This document shows, in pieces, positions 41,459 to 50,595 of a stretch of DNA of 64,000 nt (positions are counted from its first letter, which is position 1; every line of letters begins with the position of its first letter). The notes under the pieces are model-generated. The model did not search any database, was not told where the DNA came from, and saw only the letters and a program-made list of their open reading frames with translations. This DNA comes from Candidatus Latescibacterota bacterium (GTDB lineage Bacteria > Latescibacterota > UBA2968). The position numbers and the translations under genes are program-made. Where the stretch lies: NCBI GenBank assembly GCA_965198115.1, contig OZ240241.1, forward strand, positions 2,848,001 through 2,912,000. The letters are read 5' to 3'.

Positions 41459-43337
41459 TGACTTTACCTACGTAGTGCTTTTGACCGAGTCCCGGGCGAG
41501 AAGGGCGATGGGTCTCGACCACGTTAGGTGGGTTGGACACCTCCCGCTCTACGCGAGACTGCGAACGAATGAGAAGCTGGTTCCTGGAACAGACAGGATA
41601 AACGGTGTATACACTGTCGAGTTTTTCGAAACTCGACATTTCGGGAGGCGGAGGCGCGATCTCGTTGCAGCGGGAGCGCATATCTTGAATCACGACAGTC
41701 GAACACACACGTCCATCATCCATCTCCAGAACCCATCTACTCGGGTCCTGAGCAGAATATCGGGAATCCACGGGGTCCAAATCGTTCGACAGCGATCCAG
41801 AAAACGATTCTGCAATAACGTGGCTACGCGGCTGATGAAGACAAAGGAGATTGTGTCACCCCTCGATCTGAGCGGAGAAGGTGAAATCATCTCGATTTGT
41901 GATTCTGGTTTGGATACGGGCGACATGAGCGACATGCATCCTGATTTCGAGGACCGTGTGATCGATATCAAGGGTTATCCAGTCAACCCATCGAATAGTC
42001 CTGAGGTTTCGAATGTGGGACATGATGATGGAGAAGATGACAGGAGCGATGGACACGGTACACACGTAGCCGGTTCGGCACTGGGTGCAGGTGTGGCGAG
42101 CATGAAAGACAAAGGCCGCCGTCGGCCGATCCGTGGTCTGGCGTACAAGGCACAGCTGGTTTTCCAGGCCGTCGAGCAGTTCGTCGAATGGAAGGATCCT
42201 GAGAATCTAGAGAAATATGGGCCCTACATGGTCTACGGGTGGCCAGACGACATGACCAAACTGCTGGAGTATGGTTTTTCTACTTGGGGAGCGAGAGCCC
42301 ATTCCTTTTCGATTGGAGGCGTCGAGCCCGGAGTCTACGACGTGGATTGTCGCAGAGTCGATAAGTTCGTCTGGGATCACAAAGAGGTGTGCATCGTGGC
42401 GGCCGTTGGGAACGACGGCCAGCAGGGGAAGAAGGGCATGATCAAAGAAAGAAGCGTGACTTCCCCGGCGTGTGCGAAGAACTGTATCGCCGTGGGTGCA
42501 AGCGAAACTCGGCGACGGCACTTCAAAAAGAAGACTTACGGTGATACCTGGGACGATTACTCGAAGGCGCCCTACAAGAACGCACAGATGGCCGATAAAC
42601 CCGATCAAGTCGCGGCTTTCAGTAGCCGTGGTCCTACCAACGACGATCGAGTCAGGCCGGATCTCGTTGCACCTGGGACATTTATTCTTTCAACACGGTC
42701 TCGCGTTCTTCCAAAGCACGAACACGGATACGGCAAATACAGAAACAAGCAGTATTTCTACCTTCACGGTACAAGCATGTCCACGCCCCTCGTGAGCGGG
42801 GCTGCCGCCGTGATGCGCGAGTACCTGAGGGAATACTGGGGTATCGATGATCCGAGTGCGGCCCTCGTAAAGGCCAGCCTGATCTATGGGGCAAAGAAGT
42901 CCCTTCGGCACGTCAAAAGGGACGAGGTGTGCGACAATCATCAGGGGTACGGCGTGATCAACCTCGATGCATCTGTCTCTGCAGTTGCTTACTACGATGT
43001 CCGAGAACGTTTGGAGACTGGGGAGTTCTATGAGTTCGAGATAAATGTTCGGTCTTCCCGCAGACCGCTGCGCATCGTGATGGCCTATACCGACTACCCT
43101 GGGGAAACACTGATCAACAATCTGAACTTGGAGTTGATCCCACCATCTGGGGATGAGACGCACTTCGGGGGCAATGGGCCCGGGCCCGACACGACAAACA
43201 ACGTGGAAGTCATCCACATCAAGAAGCCGCGCCGAGGAACGTGGACGTTGAGAGTTATGGCCGCGGAAGTAAAGAAAGGACGACAGGACTTCGCCCTCGT
43301 ATTCGGCGGACGCGCAGAGGACGTAACACCCGGCTGA
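41459..43337 (+). pseudogene. S8 subtilisin-like serine protease, probably 5'-truncated by IS1380
   Basis: Triad DSGLD, HGTHVAG, GTSMSTP; no signal peptide or RBS; frame starts at the IS edge. Confidence 0.85.
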
Positions 43338-43347
43338 TGGACCTACC

Positions 43348-46290
43348 GTGAACAGTTTGCAGCCCACAGAAGCCGGCTCCGGGCAAGGGCACTGGCTCAC
43401 GTTCGACGTGACTGACGGAATGTCAGGGGCGACGGTGTTCGCCACGGTCGAGGGTCCAGACGGTCGTCTCTGGTTCGGGACACAGACCGGAGGCGTCTCT
43501 ATCTACGACGGGGCAGGGTTCGAAAAGCTGGGTGTGGTGGATGGGTTGCCAGACGCCGAGGTGCGGGCCCTGGTCGTCGGGAAAGACGACCACCTGTGGA
43601 TTGGGACCAAAGGTGGTGTGGCCCTTTGGGATGGGACGCGTGTCTCGGTCCCCGAATGGCTGCGTCCGGCATTGGGGCATTTCGTCCGATGTGTTCTCCT
43701 AGTTGGGGACGAGGTCTGGCCCGGCACGGAGGCCGGGCTGATGCTTTGCGGCACATCGGGTTCGACCCTGGTGGGCGTGGAACAAGGTCTCCCCGACCGC
43801 GAAGTACACTCCCTTTTGCGCGATTCAGACGGCACCACCTGGGTGGGGACCGACGCGGGTCTCGGCAGGTTTTCGAAACACCCATCGTCCGGTATCACGA
43901 TCGAGTCATCGGTGGGCGACGTGTCGGTCAGGAGCCTCATGCGGGATTCGGCTGGACGTCTTGTGGTTGGCACGTTCGGGTCGGGTCTTCACGTTCTGGG
44001 CGATAAACACCGTGTGTTCCGTACGGAGGACGGTCTGGCGTCCGATCAGATTCTGTGCACGGTGGAGGATAGTGAAGGGTCGATGTGGATCGGAACCTGG
44101 GGAAGTGGCCTTTCCCGGTTTCGTGACGGCGCGTTCCAGACGCTGACGACCGCTGACGGCCTCGCGCAGAATGACGTCTGGTCCGCCTATCAGGATCGAG
44201 AAGGACAGCTGTGGTTCGGAACCTGGGGGAGCGGCGTCAGCCGCTACGGTGGCCCTGTCTTCCGGACTTTTTCGACGCCGCAGGGCCTCGCAAGCAGCGA
44301 TGTTTGGTGCACGGCCGAGGATCGAGACGGACTGCTGTGGTTCGGGACCTGGGGAGGTGGGCTTTTTGCCTTCGATGGGGCGGGTTTCGTCAGATACTCG
44401 ACCGAAGACGGGTTGCCCAGCCTGGATGTCGTCTGCCTGCTCGTAGATCGCGACGGAATCCTATGGGTTGGCACGGTCGGGGGTCTGGCGTGCTTCGATG
44501 GTGAGACATTCAAGACATTCAAAGTCGACGACGGGTTGGTCGACGACGAGGTCGTTGCACTGGCCGAGGATAGGGACGGAGGTCTATGGATCGGCACTGG
44601 TCTGGGAGCGTGCCGTTACGATGGAAGCTCGTTCGAAACGCTTACATCACCCGATGGCCCCGGGGACAAGGAGACTTCCGGTGTGCTGGCGGACTCGAGT
44701 GGTCGGGTCTGGTTTGCGACCGATTTCGGTGTCAGCTGTCTGAAGGAGGGGTCGTTCCGCACGTACACGACGGCGAACGGGCTGGGCAGCAACACGGCAT
44801 ATGCGCTGGCCGAAGATGAAAGCGGGACGATCTGGCTGACGACGTCGGGGGGGCTGGGATGCCTCGAGGATGATCGTTTTAGAAACGTCACGGCCGAACA
44901 GGGGTTGGCCCATACTGCTGCGTATGGTGTGATGAGCGGTCCTGGGGGCAAACTGTGGGTTACGACGCTGGGGGGCGGTGTCAGCGTTTTCGACGGCGAT
45001 ACATTCCAGACGCTGACCCGGGACGATGGTCTGGCCAGCAACGTGGTCATGGACATCCTGACCGACCGATCCGGGAACACCTGGTTCTGCACGCCTCGAG
45101 GTGTGACGCGCTTTCTACAGCCTGCCGAGTCGGCGCCCAGGGTCCGAATCGAGGCGCTGGTCGCGGATCGGAGATACGAGAGTCCGTCGAGTGCGGTTAT
45201 CCCGCACAGCATCGAGCTCATCGCGTTCGAAGTGGGTGGCGTCAGTCTGAAGACGAGACCGGGCGCGCTCGTCTATCGCTACCGTCTGAGCGGCCACGAC
45301 GACGAATGGCATTCGACACGCAGCCGGCGAATCGAGTTTTCCGGCGTCTCGGAAGGTGCCTACCGCTTCGAAGTCCTGGCGGTCGACCGGGACCTCTGCT
45401 ATTCGCCCGAACCGGCCGTGCTTGAGATCGAGGTTTCACGCGATCAGCGGGATGTGCGGATCGACGAGCTCGAACGACGGGTCGCGGAACGGACCGAGCA
45501 GCTGGAGCTCGCGCACCGGGATCTGGAGGCGTCACAGCAGGCTTTGATCAACGAGTTGGAGCGAGAACTGAACACGGCCAGAGAGATGCAACTCAGGCTG
45601 ATGCCGTCGGAAAAGCCCGAGGTGTTGGGTCTGGATGTCGCCGGACGCTGTGTCCCGGCCTCACAGGTGGGCGGCGACTTTTACCAGTACTATCCGATGC
45701 CGAGGGGGCGGTTCGCGGTGACGCTCGCCGACGTGTGCGGGCACGCGATGGCGGCGGCGATTCCCGCCGTGATGTTCAGCGGGATTTTGGAGAACGAAAC
45801 GCGTCGGGGTGGCAGGGTGGAGCATCTGTTCGGGAACCTGAATCAGACACTCCTCGGAGTCCTGGAACCCAGGACGTTCATCTGCTGTTGTGTCGGTGAA
45901 TACGATACGATGTCCGGAATCATGCGGGTGATCAACACGGGGTGCCCGTTCCCGTTTCACTTCCGATCGCGGACCGGTGACCTCGCTGAGCTGGAGGTCG
46001 CTCATTATCCGCTGGGCGTGAGATCTGAAACGAGCTTCGATGCGCAGACGGTCCAGATGGAGGTGGGAGATTATCTCATTCTGCACTCGGATGGGCTGGC
46101 AGAGACGAGCGACGCCCGTGGGGAGGTCCTCGGTTTCGACCGAATGGCGGAGCTGACGCGCGAAGGGTGCGTCTCGGGTCTGGATGCGCCGAGCCTGGTC
46201 GAACACATGATGTCTTCGGTCGAATCTTTCGGGGCTGGCAGCTCACAGGAGGACGATCGAACGGTTCTGGTCGTGAAGGTGACGGATTGA
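43348..46290 (+). CDS. Reg_prop beta-propeller plus Y_Y_Y plus SpoIIE/PP2C phosphatase
   Basis: Repeated DGL..N.V....EDRDG.LWFGT; YRYRLSG; VGGDFY, ADVCGH, SDGL, DDRT. Confidence 0.92.
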   Translation: MNSLQPTEAGSGQGHWLTFDVTDGMSGATVFATVEGPDGRLWFGTQTGGVSIYDGAGFEKLGVVDGLPDAEVRALVVGKDDHLWIGTKGGVALWDGTRVSVPEWLRPALGHFVRCVLLVGDEVWPGTEAGLMLCGTSGSTLVGVEQGLPDREVHSLLRDSDGTTWVGTDAGLGRFSKHPSSGITIESSVGDVSVRSLMRDSAGRLVVGTFGSGLHVLGDKHRVFRTEDGLASDQILCTVEDSEGSMWIGTWGSGLSRFRDGAFQTLTTADGLAQNDVWSAYQDREGQLWFGTWGSGVSRYGGPVFRTFSTPQGLASSDVWCTAEDRDGLLWFGTWGGGLFAFDGAGFVRYSTEDGLPSLDVVCLLVDRDGILWVGTVGGLACFDGETFKTFKVDDGLVDDEVVALAEDRDGGLWIGTGLGACRYDGSSFETLTSPDGPGDKETSGVLADSSGRVWFATDFGVSCLKEGSFRTYTTANGLGSNTAYALAEDESGTIWLTTSGGLGCLEDDRFRNVTAEQGLAHTAAYGVMSGPGGKLWVTTLGGGVSVFDGDTFQTLTRDDGLASNVVMDILTDRSGNTWFCTPRGVTRFLQPAESAPRVRIEALVADRRYESPSSAVIPHSIELIAFEVGGVSLKTRPGALVYRYRLSGHDDEWHSTRSRRIEFSGVSEGAYRFEVLAVDRDLCYSPEPAVLEIEVSRDQRDVRIDELERRVAERTEQLELAHRDLEASQQALINELERELNTAREMQLRLMPSEKPEVLGLDVAGRCVPASQVGGDFYQYYPMPRGRFAVTLADVCGHAMAAAIPAVMFSGILENETRRGGRVEHLFGNLNQTLLGVLEPRTFICCCVGEYDTMSGIMRVINTGCPFPFHFRSRTGDLAELEVAHYPLGVRSETSFDAQTVQMEVGDYLILHSDGLAETSDARGEVLGFDRMAELTREGCVSGLDAPSLVEHMMSSVESFGAGSSQEDDRTVLVVKVTD

Positions 46291-47831
46291 GAGTCAAGCT
46301 CCTCCAGATCACCGACCTGCATCTTTCGGATCGAGCCGACACGCCAGCAGCCGAGGCCCTCCGATGGGCGATCGATACGGCGAACACGCTGGTACCCGAT
46401 CTGGTCGCATTCACTGGAGATATGACGACCCACGGCACGGCCGAATCCGCCACCCGATTTCTCGAGCGGGCGGAGGGATTGACCGTTCCGTGGGTCTTCA
46501 CGCCCGGCAACGCGGAGTTGCGGTCGGACGGGGCGATGTCCGTCCTGGCGGAATGTGTGCTCCGCCAATCGATCGACGTCGGGGGCATCCGGTTCCTGTT
46601 GCCCGACACGTCGACGGGGCGGTTCACTCCCAAGGATCGCGCCTGGATGGATGCGGTCGATCGATCGGAGGATTGTCCGATCGTCCTCCTGACGCACTAT
46701 CCCACAGACACCTTGGACGTGGATTCACGCGAGTGGGTTACGGCGTGGTTGGCCGGTCGGCCTGTGGAGCTTTACCTGGCGGGTCACCGCCATTTCACTC
46801 GGTCGCGGTCGGTGGGTGGGTGCCAGGAGGTGATCACGCGTGGTCTGGATCCGGACAAGGCGTTCGGCGGTCCGCCAGGTATCAGTGTGTTCGAGCGAGG
46901 CGACGGTCGCTGGATCGAGGAGGCGATCGCGTGGCCCCACGGAAACGATCTTCTCCCGGCGGATACCGACCATTCGCCCGTTGGATGGTCGATTCACGGC
47001 GATCCGACCGACGCCGTCGTCGAAACGTATGACTTCGGGCTCAACGTGCTCGAGCTTCGGCCACGCGAGCCGGACTATGATTTCGACACAACGCTGTCAG
47101 AGCTGTCCCGTCTTCGCGAAGACCGACCGCTGTATCTGTCGTGGCACTTGCCCAGTCTGAACTGGGATGATGAAACCCACGCGGTACGCGGAGGGGACGA
47201 CATAAGCCGTCAGGTGGAACACGGACGACAGTGTGGCGTCGACGCATTCACGATCCACGTGCCCCAGGCTCGGGCGGACCGGATGTTCGACGGCGATGAA
47301 CCATCGGGTGTGTGGACGGCCTTCCTGGAGTACTACGATCGGCTGTTTCGCGACGCTGTGACGGACGGGATCCGCTTGTCGATCGAGAACGTACACAATG
47401 CGCCGGGAACCCCGCGAGATCGAGCGGAACGGAAGTTCGCGACTGAAATCGGAGAATACCTGGCCTGGATCGATTCGGTTCGATCCGAGATCGGATCGAT
47501 TGCGTGCGTCGGCGCCCACTTCGATGTCGGCCACGCCCGTAACAATGGCGATTTCGGAAATATCCAACCTCTGGGAGACTGGTATTCGCGCGTCGGATCG
47601 CTGGTCACGGGCTATCACATCCATCAGGTGCGGCCGCACGAGGATACGGGCAAGCTGACGAACCATCGCGACATCATCTCTCTGTATGACCGAACGATCA
47701 GTTACGCCGGGTTCCTCTACGCGTGGTCGAACCGACTCATCAACCGGGCACCCCTGTTCGTCGAGGTTCGTGACCCGGAGGAGCGACGCAGGACGACTCG
47801 GTTGTTGGAGCGACACTTTGCCGAAGGGTAG
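46287..47831 (+). CDS. Metallophosphoesterase fused to xylose-isomerase-like TIM barrel
   Basis: ITDLH, TGD, GNAE, THYP, AGHRH; then LSIEN, HFDVGH, YHIH. Confidence 0.8.
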   Translation: MRVKLLQITDLHLSDRADTPAAEALRWAIDTANTLVPDLVAFTGDMTTHGTAESATRFLERAEGLTVPWVFTPGNAELRSDGAMSVLAECVLRQSIDVGGIRFLLPDTSTGRFTPKDRAWMDAVDRSEDCPIVLLTHYPTDTLDVDSREWVTAWLAGRPVELYLAGHRHFTRSRSVGGCQEVITRGLDPDKAFGGPPGISVFERGDGRWIEEAIAWPHGNDLLPADTDHSPVGWSIHGDPTDAVVETYDFGLNVLELRPREPDYDFDTTLSELSRLREDRPLYLSWHLPSLNWDDETHAVRGGDDISRQVEHGRQCGVDAFTIHVPQARADRMFDGDEPSGVWTAFLEYYDRLFRDAVTDGIRLSIENVHNAPGTPRDRAERKFATEIGEYLAWIDSVRSEIGSIACVGAHFDVGHARNNGDFGNIQPLGDWYSRVGSLVTGYHIHQVRPHEDTGKLTNHRDIISLYDRTISYAGFLYAWSNRLINRAPLFVEVRDPEERRRTTRLLERHFAEG

Positions 47832-47893
47832 TGTACCCAGTTGCCGTGTTCGGTCGTGGTCGTATCAAACCAAGGTGCAATGAGGGATCGCAG

Positions 47894-48311
47894 ATGAGCG
47901 CGTTCAACCGGGCGAAGGACATCAAGGTGGGTGTGATCGGCTACGGCGGGGCATTCAACATGGGGCGTACGCACCTGACGGATATGCAAGCAGCGGGGAT
48001 GACGCCGGTGGCGGTCGCCGAGCTCGATGCGGAACGTTTGGAAGTCGCGACGGAGGAGTTTCCCGGCATTCAACCTTACCGTTCGGTGACCCGGATGCTC
48101 AACACGTCCGATGTGAACCTGGTCGTGTTGAGCACGCCGCACAACACGCACTCGAGGCTAGCGCTTCAGTGTCTGCGCGCTGGACGACACGTGATCAGCG
48201 AGAAGCCGCTGGCCATCAGAACGAGTGACTGCGACACGATGATTCGGGAGGCGAAAAAGCGAAGGTTGATGTTGACGACCTACCACAACCGGCACTGGGA
48301 CGGCTGTGTAC
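47894..48311 (+). pseudogene. 5' half of a Gfo/Idh/MocA oxidoreductase
   Basis: VGVIGYGG, HVISEKP, YHNRHWDGCV, then IS. Confidence 0.9.
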
Positions 48312-49693
48312 TGTCCAGCGCCCCGGGGTTTTCTTGGACACTCCGTTGACCTACAGTAGGTCGAAAAGGAGGGTCCACCATGAACAAGGCTACCAGGGGA
48401 TCGGTTGGGGCGGAGCGAGCGAGAGCGAGCGGAGGCCCAGCCGATCCAAGCGCGACTTCGCAGGGTCGTTTCTCCGTGAAGAAGAAGGCCGAAGCCGTAT
48501 TACGTGTGATGCGTGGCGAGAGCCTCGACAGCGTCTCTCGCGATCTGGGAGTAACGGCAGCTAAATTGAGCGAGTGGCGCGATCAGTTCCACTCTGGCGC
48601 CCAGGCCGCACTACGCTCTCGTCCGAGCGACGAGCGTGACGAGAGGGTCAAGGACCTCCAGGCGAAGATTGGCGAGCTCACGATGGACAACGAGCTGCTG
48701 CAACAAAGAATCGATCGTCTGGAAGCCCGCCGCCCTTTGGCGCATCGGAGGTCGCGGAAATGAGTGAGGTCCTTTCGCCCTCCACGGGGAGACGCTACAG
48801 CATTAAACGCGTGTGCAAAGTGTTGCAGATACCCCGTTCCACGGTGCACAGCCAGCTTCGTCGTTCATCCGTAACCGATCTTCGGCAACCCCGGAAGCGA
48901 GGCCCGGTCGGAGCGGGTACCGATGAGGAATTGGTCTCCCTCATTCAGCAGGAGATCGACGCGTCACCCTTCCACGGCGAAGGATACCGCAAGATCTGGG
49001 CCAGGCTTCGCTTTCACGGTATGCGGACGTCAAAGGATCGGGTCCGCCGGTTGATGCGTGAAAACGGGCTCCAGGCGCGTCCAGGACGGCGTCGCGAACG
49101 ACGAGCCCACGATGGCACGATTACGACCGAGAAGCCCGATCAGATGTGGGGCACCGACCTGACTGTGACGCCCACGGTCGACGAGGGCAGAGCCTCCGTG
49201 TTTATCGCGATCGACCACTGCACGTGCGAGTGTGTGGGCATTCACGCCTCCAAGACGGCCAACCGCTTTGAGGCTCTCGAGCCGATCCGACAGGGCATCC
49301 GTGAACACTTCGGGGGCTTCGAAGAAAACATCGCCGAAGGACTGGAGCTCCGACACGATCACGGGTCACAATACGTCTCTGACGACTTCCAGAACGAGAT
49401 CGCATTCCTCGGCGTCCAAACATCGCCGAGTTTCGTGCGTGAGCCAGAAGGCAACGGATGCGCCGAGCGGTTCATCCGTACCCTCAAAGAAAACCTCCTG
49501 TGGGTTAGACACTTCAGTACCATCGAAGACCTGCGCCTCGCACTCCTTGAGTTTCGGGACAGATACAACCACAGGTGGATCATCGAACGTCACGGCTACA
49601 AGACGCCCGAACAGGCTAGAAACGCACTCACGGCAACTCGAAAGGCCGCCTGAATACACTCACCCGAGTGTCCAGACAACCGCGGGCTTTACA
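48312..49693 (+). mobile_element. Two-ORF IS3/IS481-like element copy 2 (orfA 48380..48763, orfB 48760..49653)
   Basis: Ends TGTCCAGC...GCTTTACA; ATGA overlap of the ORFs. Confidence 0.9.
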
Positions 49694-49783
49694 CTCCTTT
49701 CTTACGGGTACACGCTCTCATACGCGTACCCACAACGTAAGTTTGGAGCCCTTTAAGTTTCAACTACGATAGGCACCTCAACC
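49694..49783 (-). mobile_element. Left end of the diverged IS256 type B element
   Basis: GGTTGAGGTGCCTATCGTAGTTGAAAC...CCGTAAGAAAGGAG, continuing at 31099. Confidence 0.85.
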
Positions 49784-50229
49784 GGTGTTCGGATGCAGAT
49801 CGATTGTACAGAACCGTTGAATGATCAGAAACAGCCGATCGGAACTCTCCAGCTTGGCGATCTGTTCTTCAAACCGAAAGTGTTCCAGGATGTTGAGCGC
49901 CCGGGTTGAGAACCCTTGATGTACTGCGTGAGATTGGCCGCGATGTCATCGGGATCGTCGCGGAGCGTCTCGAACGTAAATGGGCTTGTGTTGTGGAAAT
50001 CCAGTCCCGTGACGCGATTCAGGAGCGGCTCGATGCTGGTGACCTTGCCACCCTTCAGCTTTTCAGCCCGCTTGAGCACCCGGTCTTTCGTTGGCTGCAA
50101 AACGCAATCGAGGCGTCTCAACACCGTCAATGGCAGCATCACGTCTTTGTATTGATTCGGCCGGTAGGGCCCTCGCAGCAGATCCGCGACCGACCAGATA
50201 AAGCTGACTTTCTCACCCCAGTTGTTCAT
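49784..50229 (-). pseudogene. hsdM: Type I restriction-modification methyltransferase N-terminal fragment
   Basis: SFIWSVADLLRGPY...LPLTVLRRLDCVL; frameshift ~49905; cut by the IS256 end after IDLHPNT. Confidence 0.9.
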
Positions 50230-50252
50230 TCTCGCTACACAGTTCTGTTTTC

Positions 50253-50582
50253 TTACTCCCAGCCCCCTGCCCAATGTCTGAACGCCTCGACCCATTCCCA
50301 ACCTTCGGGTGGCGGGTCGGGCACGTTCAGATCCAGAAGCCGAATACGCTGTTTCTCTTTCCCCCGCCGACAGACAGCCACGATGTCGTCACCGCCGGTG
50401 AGATCTACTTTATCGACTTTGACGGGCAGCCCAAGAACTTCGACTTCAAACGGAAAGGACACGTGTTCTTCAACGGCGTAGAACAGGGATGTTGCCTGTT
50501 CGGCCTCGCCGTAGGCATCTACGGTCCCTTCTTCTACCAATCGATCGAGTTCGGCTGCCGAAGGTTTGCGACGTTTACCCAT
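50253..50582 (-). CDS. CcbP-like (calcium-binding family) small protein
   Basis: EEGTVDAYGEAEQ...SFPF...EWVEAFRHW pattern. Confidence 0.6.
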   Translation of the reverse strand: MGKRRKPSAAELDRLVEEGTVDAYGEAEQATSLFYAVEEHVSFPFEVEVLGLPVKVDKVDLTGGDDIVAVCRRGKEKQRIRLLDLNVPDPPPEGWEWVEAFRHWAGGWE

Positions 50583-50595
50583 ATTTCGCCCCAGT

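Noticed and set aside
43348-45100. DNA-level repeat array
   Set aside because: The periodicity is explained by beta-propeller protein repeats.
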